Assembly (NCBI GenBank): GCA_964567555.1
Contig: CAZMNA010000004.1
Location: 6,234-70,233, forward strand
Direction of reading: 5' to 3'
DNA length: 64,000 nt
Origin: an uncultured Candidatus Saccharibacteria bacterium
Lineage (GTDB): Bacteria; Patescibacteriota; Saccharimonadia; Saccharimonadales; UBA10212
Position numbers and translations under genes: made by a program. Position 1 is the stretch's first letter. Every line of letters starts with the position of its first letter. Shown in pieces: positions 8,714 through 17,803 of this stretch. The notes under the pieces were generated by a model. That model ran no database searches. It saw only the letters and a program-made list of their open reading frames with translations, and had not been told where the DNA came from.

Positions 8714-10138
8714 ATGAACGTGTGGCCAAAAGTAGCCGATATTGCTGCGTCTGTAAAAAAAGGTGAGCTCAAGGCCGTGGACTTAGTGGAGAAATCTTTT
8801 AAAGCCATCAAAGCCAACAAGAGCTTCGATGCCATAATCAGCAATATAGAAGACCGCGCGCGTGAGCGCGCGCGTGAGGTGGACTCTTTGGTAGCCTCTG
8901 GCAAAGACCCGGGCAAGCTAGCCGGAGTGCCGTTCATTGCCAAAGATAACTTCTTGACCTTTAGCACCAAGACGACTGCCGCCGCAAATTACTTAAAAGG
9001 TTTTGAAGCGCCGTATCAAGCGACGGCTGTAGAGCGATTAGAGGCCGAGGGTGCAATTTGTGTCGGCAAAGGCAATCTTGATGCTTGGGCTCACGGCAGC
9101 TCTACTGAAAACAGCGACTTTTTTACGACAAAGAACCCGCATGACAAAACCCGCGTACCCGGGGGCAGCTCGGGCGGCTCAACCACTGCTGTAGCTCTTG
9201 GGCTAGTTCCGTTTGCGCTCGGCACGGATACTGGTGGCTCTATCCGCCAGCCAGCTGCTTTCTGTGGAGTAGTCGGCTATAAGCCTACCTACGGGCTAGT
9301 ATCACGCTCTGGCATTGTCGCCATGGCTTCTTCAACAGACGTAGTCGGCCCAATCTCCGCAAGCGTGGAAGATGCGGCATTGATCCTAGACGTTATGGCT
9401 GGGCGCGACGAACTGGACTCAACCACGATTAAAAAGCCAGAAAAAGGGTTCGCCCAGTTAGATTTTGACTGGCACAGCAAAAAAGTTGGCGTCATAAGAG
9501 AATATATGGATGAGGGTCTAGAACCAGGCGTTAAAAAGCAAATTACGTCAGCCATTGACCGAATTAAAAAGGTGGGTGCTACAGTGGGTGAGATTGGCCT
9601 ACCGAGCCTACCGCTGGCCTTAGCAGTCTATTACATTATTTGTCCGGCAGAGGTCTCATCTAACCTGGCGCGTTATGATGGCCAGCGATACGGGCACTCG
9701 GCGAAAGAAGCAAAGGATTTAGTGGACAGTTATGAACTGGCTCGTGAGCAAGGCTTTGGCGCCGAAGCCAAGCGCCGCATTATGATTGGAACTTACGTTT
9801 TGTCCAGCGGCTACTACGACGCTTATTATAAAAAGGCCCTACAAGTTCGTACCAAAATCATCAATGAATTTACGGAAGCTTTCAAAACATATGACCTACT
9901 AATCGGCCCCACTACTCCAACTACAGCTTTTAAAATTGGGGCCAAGACCGATGATCCACTAAAGATGTATCTCAATGATATCTTGACAGTCGCCGCCAAT
10001 GTATCGGGCAACCCATCCATCAGTGTTCCGGCAGGAAAGACCGAAGGCTTGCCGGTTGGCCTGCAGATTATTGGGCCAATGCGCGGTGATTCGGAAGTTT
10101 TGTCTGCGGCTCAAGCTTTTGAGAGGCTAAGCAAATGA
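8714..10138 (+). CDS. gatA: Asp/Glu-tRNA amidotransferase subunit A
   Basis: Amidase signature ..GGSSGGS.., ..GTDTGGSIRQPA.. Confidence 0.95.
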   Translation: MNVWPKVADIAASVKKGELKAVDLVEKSFKAIKANKSFDAIISNIEDRARERAREVDSLVASGKDPGKLAGVPFIAKDNFLTFSTKTTAAANYLKGFEAPYQATAVERLEAEGAICVGKGNLDAWAHGSSTENSDFFTTKNPHDKTRVPGGSSGGSTTAVALGLVPFALGTDTGGSIRQPAAFCGVVGYKPTYGLVSRSGIVAMASSTDVVGPISASVEDAALILDVMAGRDELDSTTIKKPEKGFAQLDFDWHSKKVGVIREYMDEGLEPGVKKQITSAIDRIKKVGATVGEIGLPSLPLALAVYYIICPAEVSSNLARYDGQRYGHSAKEAKDLVDSYELAREQGFGAEAKRRIMIGTYVLSSGYYDAYYKKALQVRTKIINEFTEAFKTYDLLIGPTTPTTAFKIGAKTDDPLKMYLNDILTVAANVSGNPSISVPAGKTEGLPVGLQIIGPMRGDSEVLSAAQAFERLSK

Positions 10139-10539
10139 TTGTCTTCTTGGTAGCAATCATTGTATTCGGCTTTCTGATGATGGTAGCTGTCGGCTTAGTG
10201 ACTAAAAAGAAACCGTACGTCCTGCACAAAGATTACTTCCACAACAAATGGATGGATCTGCTTGCCCGAGTCAAATCGCCCGAGGGCATGATACTGGCTG
10301 TCATAGATGCCGACAAGCTACTTGATGAAGCGCTCAGAAAACGTCATTTCAGGGGTAAGACTACAGGAGAGCGTCTAGTCGCTGCTCAACGGCTGCTTAC
10401 TGACAATGATGGTGTTTGGTATGCCCACAAGCTTCGCAACCGTTTGGTTCACGAACAAAACCAAAGACTCGGGAAAAAAGAAGCCGTCAATGCGCTGGAA
10501 GGCTTCAAAAAAGCTCTACATGACCTAGGGGCACTTTAA
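10135..10539 (+). CDS. Small membrane-anchored protein with Rx4H (HEPN-like) motif, embedded in gatCAB
   Basis: ATGA overlap with the gatA stop and TAATG overlap with the gatB start. N-terminal TM helix (IVFLVAIIVFGFLMMVAVGLV). The helical C-domain carries ..GKTTGERL.. and ..AHKLRNRLVHEQ.. Confidence 0.6.
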   Translation: MIVFLVAIIVFGFLMMVAVGLVTKKKPYVLHKDYFHNKWMDLLARVKSPEGMILAVIDADKLLDEALRKRHFRGKTTGERLVAAQRLLTDNDGVWYAHKLRNRLVHEQNQRLGKKEAVNALEGFKKALHDLGAL

Positions 10540-11945
10540 TGGCAGATTTTATTCCAACAGTCGGCATAGAAACGCACGTGCAGCTAAAGACTGTCACCAA
10601 GTTGTTCAGCGGGGTAAGTAATGACGCCAGCCAGGCCGAGCCCAACAGTTTAATTAGTCATATTGACGCCGGTCTGCCGGGGTCTTTGCCGGTTCTTAAT
10701 GAAAAGGCTATTGAGCTGGCGGTCCGAGCAGCGTTTGCTCTCAATACCAAGCCGCAAAAATTTTCCAAATTTGACCGGAAGCACTACTTTTATCCGGATC
10801 TACCCAAGGGTTACCAAATTACTCAATATGACCAACCGATAATTTTGGGTGGCTTTGTAAAAACTCCTTCTGGCGTAAAAGTTGGAATTACTCGAATTCA
10901 TCTGGAAGAAGACGCCGGCAAAAACATTCATCCTGCTGGCGCCGACTATAGCCTGGTTGATCTCAACCGTGCCGGCACGCCACTACTAGAAATCGTTAGT
11001 GAACCAGAAATCCACAGTGCCGCTGATGCCAAAGCCTACGCACGGGAACTCTACCTACTCATGAAATATGCGGATGTGTCTGACTGCGACCTTTACCTGG
11101 GGCACATGCGTTTTGACATCAACGTTAGTTTGTCCAGCAAGCCGGGCAAACTCGGCACCCGCGCCGAGATTAAGAATCTAAACAGTTTTCGCAGTGTAGA
11201 AAACGCCGTAGCTTATGAAATTAAGCGCCAGACTGAGCTCCTGAAAAAGGGCCAAGAAGTTATTCAAGAAACTCGCGGCTGGGATGAAACCAAGCAAAAA
11301 ACGACCAGCCAGCGTGGCAAAGAAGAAGCCCATGATTACCGGTACATGCCCGAACCCGACATCCCACCGGTTGAGCTGACAGATGAGTTCATCGAAGAGG
11401 TCAAAGCAAATACGCCAGAGTCTCCAGCCGAACTTCGTTCGGACCTAAAGCACTCAGGCTTAAACGAAGAACAGATAGAATCCGTCTTAGACAATTATGA
11501 TATAGCGACTGCTTTCAGAAGCGCGATAAAGCAATCTGACAATCCTGCTGCTCTAAGACTATGGAGCCAAAGTGTAGTCAACAATGTCAAATTGCGAGAA
11601 AATCTTGCAAGGATTGAGAACAAAACAATAAAAAATTCTTTACTTGCAGCTACTGCCGCGTCGACAGGCAAGCTCAACAGCAATCAGTTCACGCATAGTT
11701 TAAATGAAATCATCCTCCACGGAAAAGACTTTTCGAGCCTTAACCTTATGCAGGTTTCCGACGAAGGACAGATAGAAAAATTAGTTACTGATATTATTAA
11801 AGCTAACTCGAGGGTGGTGGCAGACATCAAAGCTGGCAATGAAAAGGCCATTAGCTTTTTGGTCGGGCAGATTATGGCCAAAAGCAAAGGCCAAGTTAAT
11901 CCCCAAATGGTTCAGAAGATCATAAAAAAACAAATTGGCGTTTAG
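10539..11945 (+). CDS. gatB: Asp/Glu-tRNA amidotransferase subunit B
   Basis: Typical GatB N-terminus (IPTVGIETHVQL), ..DRKHYFYPDLPKGYQI.., ..DLNRAGTPLLEIVSEP.. and a C-terminal GatB/YqeY domain. Confidence 0.95.
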   Translation: MADFIPTVGIETHVQLKTVTKLFSGVSNDASQAEPNSLISHIDAGLPGSLPVLNEKAIELAVRAAFALNTKPQKFSKFDRKHYFYPDLPKGYQITQYDQPIILGGFVKTPSGVKVGITRIHLEEDAGKNIHPAGADYSLVDLNRAGTPLLEIVSEPEIHSAADAKAYARELYLLMKYADVSDCDLYLGHMRFDINVSLSSKPGKLGTRAEIKNLNSFRSVENAVAYEIKRQTELLKKGQEVIQETRGWDETKQKTTSQRGKEEAHDYRYMPEPDIPPVELTDEFIEEVKANTPESPAELRSDLKHSGLNEEQIESVLDNYDIATAFRSAIKQSDNPAALRLWSQSVVNNVKLRENLARIENKTIKNSLLAATAASTGKLNSNQFTHSLNEIILHGKDFSSLNLMQVSDEGQIEKLVTDIIKANSRVVADIKAGNEKAISFLVGQIMAKSKGQVNPQMVQKIIKKQIGV

Positions 11946-11974
11946 GCCAATTGCCCTGTTTTGCATAGCTGGGC

Positions 11975-11980
11975 TATAAT
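11975..11980 (+). promoter_or_regulatory. -10 box TATAAT, 6 nt upstream of ATG 11987 (leaderless-type)
   Basis: TATAAT at 11975-11980. A possible -35 TTGCCC lies at 11951-11956 with an 18-nt spacer. Confidence 0.5.
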
Positions 11981-11986
11981 TATGGT

Positions 11987-12247
11987 ATGAATACTACAGA
12001 AGAAGTTTTCTTTATTATCTTGTCGGTTAGCATGACTCTGCTATGCATTTTTCTGATAGCTGCCGCCATATACGTAGTTGGTATTTTGAAGCAGGTTAAG
12101 AAAGTGACTAGCCGGGCGGAGGAAGTGGCCGAAAGTGTAGAGTCCGCTGCAGACAGCGTAAGAGCGGCCGCTTCGCCTATAGCGGCTATAAAAATTATCG
12201 CCAAGATAGTTGAACGTGCGGCGGGCATAAATAAAAAAAGGAGATAG
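11987..12247 (+). CDS. Small membrane protein (DUF948-like: one TM + helical tail)
   Basis: 86 aa with one N-terminal TM followed by an Ala/Glu-rich helix. It sits directly upstream of a YtxH-like gene, a pairing also seen in Firmicutes. Confidence 0.55.
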   Translation: MNTTEEVFFIILSVSMTLLCIFLIAAAIYVVGILKQVKKVTSRAEEVAESVESAADSVRAAASPIAAIKIIAKIVERAAGINKKRR

Positions 12248-12251
12248 CCTT

Positions 12252-12662
12252 ATGTTTCAAAATAAAAATACTGGTAAGAAGTTGGCCGTGGGAACTATTT
12301 TTGGCGGCATAGTTGGATACGTAGCTGGTTTACTGACTGCACCGCAAAGTGGTGCTGAAACCCGCGAAGATATTGTTGACCAAACTGCCAACCTCAAAGA
12401 CGACACCTCGCTTGAACTAAGCATCGCCTATGACAAGTTAAGCGATGTTATCAAACGAGCCCAGACAAAAGCAGTCACCCTAAGTGCCCAAGCCCGCGAG
12501 GAGTTTAATGAATCGCTGATTCGTGCCAAAGACGCCCAGACAAAAGCTAAAGTCGTGTTAAAGGCCGTCAAGTCTGGCGGTTCGGACAACCCGGAACTTA
12601 ACAGGGCCGTCAAACAAGCCAAGCAAGCCACTAAAAACCTTGGCAAGTTCATGAAGTCTTAA
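12252..12662 (+). CDS. YtxH-domain protein
   Basis: N-terminal GGIVGYVAGLLTAPQSGAETRED matches the YtxH signature. A good SD (AGGAG) lies upstream. Confidence 0.7.
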   Translation: MFQNKNTGKKLAVGTIFGGIVGYVAGLLTAPQSGAETREDIVDQTANLKDDTSLELSIAYDKLSDVIKRAQTKAVTLSAQAREEFNESLIRAKDAQTKAKVVLKAVKSGGSDNPELNRAVKQAKQATKNLGKFMKS

Positions 12663-12683
12663 TTTGAACCGTAATTTAAAAAA

Positions 12684-12711
12684 GCTGTCCCCAAAGATGG
12701 GCGGCTTTTTT
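12684..12711 (+). terminator. Rho-independent terminator after the YtxH gene
   Basis: Stem GCUGUCC (12684-12690) pairs with GGGCGGC (12699-12705): 7 bp including 2 G-U pairs. The loop is 8 nt, followed by U6 (12706-12711). An A-tract lies upstream. Confidence 0.6.
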
Positions 12712-12718
12712 GTATAAT
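12711..12718 (+). promoter_or_regulatory. Extended -10 TGtATAAT, 8 nt upstream of the dnaE ATG (leaderless-type)
   Basis: TG at 12711-12712, TATAAT at 12713-12718, ATG at 12727. Confidence 0.5.
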
Positions 12719-12726
12719 CTAAGTAC

Positions 12727-15700
12727 ATGGCAAAAAAGGGGGTAAAGCTTCAGCCTTCAGATTATGTGCATTTGCACAATCATACCCAGTACTCTTTACT
12801 GGATGGTCTGACTAAAATCCCAGGGCTGATAAACACAGTTAAAGATATGGGTATGGAGGCCGTGGCTATAACTGACCACGGCACCATGAGCGGTGTTATT
12901 GATTTTTATAAGGTTGCAAAAAGTGCCCAAATTAAGCCAGTCGTAGGCATGGAGGCATATATTGCGCCGCGCTCTCACGAGGACAAAGACGTAACCAAGG
13001 ACCGGCAATATTTTCACCTGACAATGCTTGCCATGAATGAAGTGGGTTACCAAAATCTTATGAGGCTATCTACGATCGCCAATCTTGACGGTTTTTACTA
13101 CCGCCCGCGGATAGATCACGAGCTTTTAAAAAAATATAACGAAGGTTTAATTGTTCTATCTGGTTGTATCGGCGGCGAAGTCTCTGATGCGCTTAGAAAT
13201 GATGATAAGAAAAAAGCTAAATCAACCGCCGCGTGGTATAAATCTGTTTTTGGTGACCGCTATTACGTTGAACTTCAGGACCATGGCCACCCGGACCACC
13301 CAACTAGCTGGGCCGAGCAGCGCAAAGTAAACGAGGGCTTGTTGGAATTAGCCGAGGAGCTGGATGTGCCAGCACTGGTTACTTGTGACGCTCACTATCT
13401 TAAGCACCAAGACCAGGAGGCTCACGAGATTTTGCTGTGCGTTCAAACCGGTGCATTTTTATCCGACGAAAGCCGTTTTAGTCTTAAGGAGTTTGATCTG
13501 CACGTCATAGACCCAAATGAGATTATCGAACGTTGGGGAGGCAGCCATCCGGAGTTGATTACCAATACCAAGAGAGTCGCTAACCGCTGCCAACTTAAAA
13601 TACGGCTGGATGAAATTTTAATTCCCAAATTCCCGATGCCAAAAGGCGAGACTGAAAAGAGCCTGCTAGAAAAATTAGTTTGGCAGGGCCTGGCTTGGCG
13701 CTACGGCGGCAAGAGTCGTTCTGCCAGCGCTGAACTCTCGTCCGCTCAGGCCAGAAAATTACTGACAAAAGAGGTCATAAGTCGCGCTGAGTACGAGCTT
13801 TCGGTTGTCGATGATATGGGCTTCAACGGCTACTACTTGATAGTGGCCGACTTCATTAACTGGGGAAAGGACCGCACTATTGTGTTTGGGCCGGGCCGGG
13901 GTAGTGCGGCAAGTTCTATCTTGGCTTATGGGCTGAGAATAACTGAAATTGACCCGCTCAAGTATGATCTTTTGTTTGAAAGATTTCTAAACCCCGACCG
14001 TATCAGCATGCCCGATATGGACATTGATATTCAAGACACTCGGCGTGATGAGGTTATAAATTACTGTATAGAAAAATACGGCAAGGAGCGCGTAGCTAAT
14101 ATAGTCACTTTTGGCCGCATGGCAGCGCGTAACTCGGTACGGGATGTAGCCCGTGTGCTGGAGGTGCCCTATGCCGAGGCGGACAGACTGGCAAAGATGA
14201 TTCCGCCCCCTATCCAAGGCCGCCACACGCCTTTGAGTGAATCACTTCAAAACGTACCGGAGCTTAGAGCGGAGAATCAATCTAACGAGCAGTCTGCGCG
14301 TGTATTTGACCTTGCAACAAGACTGGAAGGCACAATCCGGAGCCACGGTGTTCATGCTGCCGGAGTTGTTATTGCCCCAGACGATATCGTAAATTACACA
14401 CCGTTAGAACTTGCCCAAAAAGGAGTTATCGCCACCCAGTACTCTATGGGTCCGATTGAAGAACTGGGCCTTCTCAAAATGGATTTTTTGGGCTTGTCTA
14501 ACTTGACAACCATCAAAAACGCTCTAAGAATTGTTAAAAAAGTTTATGGCAAAGATATAGAAGTAGGCGAATTACCGCTGGATAATAAAAAAACCTTTGA
14601 CCTGCTCCGGGCCGGCGAGACAACGGGGATTTTTCAGCTAGAATCAGCCGGCATGCGCCGCTATCTTAAACAACTTCAGCCTACTGTTTTTGAAGACATA
14701 ATTGCGATGGTCGCGCTTTATCGCCCGGGCCCGATGCAGTGGATTGATGATTTTATTGCCCGTAAACATGGCAATAAAAGTACTGAATATCTACACCCCG
14801 TAATGAAAGACGCGCTGGAAAATACCTATGGTGTGATTGTCTACCAAGAGCAAGTTATGCAAATAAGTAAAGACATGTGTGGCTTCACGGGCGGCCAAGC
14901 GGATACGCTAAGAAAAGCTATCGGCAAAAAGAATCCGTCTGTCATGGCAAAACTGAAGAGCGATTTTATTGAAGGAGCAATCAGGACAGTGGGGGCCGAC
15001 CGCAAAGTGATGGAAAAACTTTGGCAACAGCTAGAAGACTTTGCGGCTTATTGCTTTAACAAAGTACACTCGGCCTGCTATGCGCTAATTGCCTATCAGA
15101 CGGCTTACCTCAAGGCTAACTATCCAGCTGCTTTTATGGCCGCCCTAATGACCAGCGATTATGACGATATTGATCGCTTGGCAATCGAAATTAGCGAGTG
15201 TCAGCACATGGGAATTGAGGTTTTGCCCCCGGATGTTAACGAATCATTCCTGGAGTTTGGTGTCGTTGCAGGCAAGAGCCAAATTCGTTTTGGGTTGGAA
15301 GCTATAAAAAATGTCGGTGCTGGTGCTGCATCCGAGATCTTGCGTGGCCGCAAAGCGGCGGATGGCCGCTTCAAAACGCTCGAAGATTTTTGCAAATATG
15401 TGAACGTTGGTTTGGTTAATAAAAAGGCTCTTGATAGCCTTATCCGGGCCGGAGCTTTTGATAGTCTAGGCGACCGCTCGGTTATATACAACAGCCTTGA
15501 GAATATACTTGCCTTGGCGAATCGACTGCAAAGGGATACAGCCAGTGGTCAGGTGGATCTATTTGGAGATAGCAGTTCAGTTAGTCACGCAGCTTTACGA
15601 CTAGCCCTGAACAAAAACGGTCCAGTATACACCCAGAGTGAGCAGCTAAGCTGGGAGCGTGAGCTCATGGGGCTATATCTTAGCCAAAATCCTTTAGAAC

Positions 15701-16272
15701 CCTACGCTGAGATTTTAGGCATTCAAACTGCTCCGATTAACAGCATTTCTTTGGCTATGGAGGGCAAACCGGTTACAGTCGGCGGTGCCATCCGTGATAT
15801 TAGAGAAATAACGACCAAAAACGGCGCAAAAATGGCATTTGTTAAAATTGAAGATTTGACGGGTGGAGTTGAACTGGTTTTGTTCCCGCGAACCTACCAA
15901 GAGGTACAGGCTTTGTGCGTTAGGGATGACGTAGTCATTGTTAATGGCAAGGTTGGTGGTGGTCGCGGCCAGTCTTCTGACTCTGAACCAAAAATTTTAG
16001 TTGATCAACTTCAGAAACTGCAGACGGGTAAAGCCAGTATTCCAATAGAGCAGAAGCTATACATCCGCGTTGAGGATAGCTCGGACGAGGATTTGCTCCA
16101 GTCTCTTAAACTAAAACTGGACAATCACCACGGAGGCACAGAAGTCGTACTGGTTACCGGACCAAAAGACAAAAAACAAGTCATTAAGCTTCCGCAGTCG
16201 GTTGATATTAACGAGCAGAGTCTTAGGGAGCTGGCCGGTTTGTTTGGTTCAACAAACGTTGTCGTTAAGTAA
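12727..16272 (+). CDS. dnaE: DNA polymerase III alpha subunit
   Basis: PHP domain (HLHNHTQYSLLDG), pol III alpha core motifs and a C-terminal OB fold. The 1181-aa length leaves no room for an intein. Confidence 0.95.
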   Translation: MAKKGVKLQPSDYVHLHNHTQYSLLDGLTKIPGLINTVKDMGMEAVAITDHGTMSGVIDFYKVAKSAQIKPVVGMEAYIAPRSHEDKDVTKDRQYFHLTMLAMNEVGYQNLMRLSTIANLDGFYYRPRIDHELLKKYNEGLIVLSGCIGGEVSDALRNDDKKKAKSTAAWYKSVFGDRYYVELQDHGHPDHPTSWAEQRKVNEGLLELAEELDVPALVTCDAHYLKHQDQEAHEILLCVQTGAFLSDESRFSLKEFDLHVIDPNEIIERWGGSHPELITNTKRVANRCQLKIRLDEILIPKFPMPKGETEKSLLEKLVWQGLAWRYGGKSRSASAELSSAQARKLLTKEVISRAEYELSVVDDMGFNGYYLIVADFINWGKDRTIVFGPGRGSAASSILAYGLRITEIDPLKYDLLFERFLNPDRISMPDMDIDIQDTRRDEVINYCIEKYGKERVANIVTFGRMAARNSVRDVARVLEVPYAEADRLAKMIPPPIQGRHTPLSESLQNVPELRAENQSNEQSARVFDLATRLEGTIRSHGVHAAGVVIAPDDIVNYTPLELAQKGVIATQYSMGPIEELGLLKMDFLGLSNLTTIKNALRIVKKVYGKDIEVGELPLDNKKTFDLLRAGETTGIFQLESAGMRRYLKQLQPTVFEDIIAMVALYRPGPMQWIDDFIARKHGNKSTEYLHPVMKDALENTYGVIVYQEQVMQISKDMCGFTGGQADTLRKAIGKKNPSVMAKLKSDFIEGAIRTVGADRKVMEKLWQQLEDFAAYCFNKVHSACYALIAYQTAYLKANYPAAFMAALMTSDYDDIDRLAIEISECQHMGIEVLPPDVNESFLEFGVVAGKSQIRFGLEAIKNVGAGAASEILRGRKAADGRFKTLEDFCKYVNVGLVNKKALDSLIRAGAFDSLGDRSVIYNSLENILALANRLQRDTASGQVDLFGDSSSVSHAALRLALNKNGPVYTQSEQLSWERELMGLYLSQNPLEPYAEILGIQTAPINSISLAMEGKPVTVGGAIRDIREITTKNGAKMAFVKIEDLTGGVELVLFPRTYQEVQALCVRDDVVIVNGKVGGGRGQSSDSEPKILVDQLQKLQTGKASIPIEQKLYIRVEDSSDEDLLQSLKLKLDNHHGGTEVVLVTGPKDKKQVIKLPQSVDINEQSLRELAGLFGSTNVVVK

Positions 16273-17193
16273 TTATTTTATAAGACCGACATTTTGCCAC
16301 AGCACAACCGACAAGGCTATGACCGCCACTATTCCGGCATCAAAGATGGGGTGCTGCCAAACAAAGCGTTCTCCTGCATATACGTAGCGCCAAATCTTTC
16401 GGAAATGCTTCACTGCGAACACCAAAACACTGCAAGCCATCACTATGACTAAGGCATCGGGCGCCCAACCATTTACGAAACTACTTCCGAAGCCACCGGA
16501 GACGGCGCTGGCTTGGGTGCCCCCGGAATTAGCGGAGATAGTGCTGGCACTAGCTGGTCTAATGTTTGCTAGTGGCACTGCTCCCGCTGGCTGTGCGTAA
16601 AAGGCCACAAAAATTGTTGCCGGCTGCCCACCGATAGCTGTGTAGTGACTAGAATTAGCAAAACCAAACCCAACCTGGGAAAAGCTTGGATCTAGGAGGT
16701 TCTGGCGGTGTGTCATGCTTGCCATCCAAGCATTGATTACGGCCTGTTCGTTGCCGAAGCCAGTTGCTAAATTTTCACCAAATGCCTGGTAGCTATAGCC
16801 GGCGGCTGTTGCAAAACTCCAAGGTGGGCTGCCGTCCGGTGCGTAGTGACTAAAGTAGTTGCGTGTAGCCATATCCTTTGCCTTAACGGCAGCGGCGCTA
16901 GAAAGCTCGGCGTTGACTTGTAAAAGCGGCTCGCCGTATTTTTGGCGCTGAGCGTTTGTGTCTATTAACATTGCGTTGGCGTTTTCGCTGACGGCGTAAG
17001 ATAGGACTTTGCCGCCGGGGTGTTTGATAAAGCTAGCCAGTGAGCCGGTAGAAACGGCAGAAGCCAGCAGCAAGCCGATAACAACAAGTACAGGGATAAA
17101 AGGCCAGTAGACTTTCTCGAATTTACGTCTGTCTGAACCTTTTGGGCGTGGGCTTGCGTGATGAACCATCGGTTGTTTTATTTTGGCGCTCAT
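16273..17193 (-). CDS. CAP/SCP-domain (YkwD-like) membrane-anchored protein
   Basis: Central CAP domain (..NYFSHYAPDGS.., ..GENLA.., ..HRQNLL..) flanked by an N-terminal TM and C-terminal hydrophobic segments. Confidence 0.7.
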   Translation of the reverse strand: MSAKIKQPMVHHASPRPKGSDRRKFEKVYWPFIPVLVVIGLLLASAVSTGSLASFIKHPGGKVLSYAVSENANAMLIDTNAQRQKYGEPLLQVNAELSSAAAVKAKDMATRNYFSHYAPDGSPPWSFATAAGYSYQAFGENLATGFGNEQAVINAWMASMTHRQNLLDPSFSQVGFGFANSSHYTAIGGQPATIFVAFYAQPAGAVPLANIRPASASTISANSGGTQASAVSGGFGSSFVNGWAPDALVIVMACSVLVFAVKHFRKIWRYVYAGERFVWQHPIFDAGIVAVIALSVVLWQNVGLIK

Positions 17194-17214
17194 TTAGCTA
17201 TAATTTTAAAACGT

Positions 17215-17715
17215 TTACGCTAATTTGTCCAAGTAAGTCAGATGATATAGAGCAATCGCACCGGCGACGGCGACGTTAAACGACTCTTTCTTTCCTTGCA
17301 TGGGAATCTCTACTACCTGGTCAAGTTGTGAAAGTTCGACCTGCGTTAAGCCGCCAATCTCTGGACCTACAATCAGCGCAACTTTGCCGGTTGGCCGCCA
17401 GCTACTTAGTAAGGTCGCACCCGCGGCTTGCTCGAGTCCGACTGCTTGGAAGCCTCTGTGGCGAAGCTTGGCTAGACATTCCTGGAGGCTCTCGAATCTT
17501 TGCCAAGGGACGTTTGTCTCAGCGCCCAGCGCGGTTTTATGTATGCGTTTGTTAATTTCAGTAGCCAGGTGGGGCAGTCGTTCATCGCCCTGTTGAGCCG
17601 GCCAAGGGGTATAGCCGCATAAGTATATTTCTTTGACGCCTAGTCCGTCGGCAGTTCTAAAGAGACTACCAACGTTATAGGCGGAGCGGACGTTATGTAA
17701 GACCAATATAACCAT
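17215..17715 (-). CDS. SpoU/TrmH-family RNA 2'-O-methyltransferase
   Basis: Motifs NVRSAYNVGSLFRTADGLG, IVGPEIGGL and IPMQGKKESFNVAVAGAIALY. ATG 17715 (MVILVLHNV) is preferred over the track start at 17775 because a -10 box lies 7 nt upstream. Confidence 0.8.
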   Translation of the reverse strand: MVILVLHNVRSAYNVGSLFRTADGLGVKEIYLCGYTPWPAQQGDERLPHLATEINKRIHKTALGAETNVPWQRFESLQECLAKLRHRGFQAVGLEQAAGATLLSSWRPTGKVALIVGPEIGGLTQVELSQLDQVVEIPMQGKKESFNVAVAGAIALYHLTYLDKLA

Positions 17716-17722
17716 AGCCTTT

Positions 17723-17728
17723 AGTATA
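17723..17728 (-). promoter_or_regulatory. -10 box TATACT (minus strand), 7 nt upstream of ATG 17715
   Basis: The minus-strand sequence reads ggcTATACTaaaggctATG. Confidence 0.45.
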
Positions 17729-17803
17729 GCCGGGCGTGGCTTTTTTAAGCGGTGTGAGTGCTTTATAATGAACACTGATAGAAATGGTGGGAAAAGATAA
17801 AAA

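Noticed and set aside
8855-8878. Perfect tandem duplication of the 12-mer CGCGCGCGTGAG
   Set aside because: It lies in frame inside gatA and encodes RARERARE. At two copies it is too short to be a CRISPR or a regulatory repeat.
12727-16272. Inteins or insertions in large replication and transcription genes (dnaE, rpoB, rpoC, recG, uvrB, clpC), which are common in CPR genomes
   Set aside because: All have canonical lengths and uninterrupted motif order. No Cys/Ser...His-Asn splice-junction blocks were seen.
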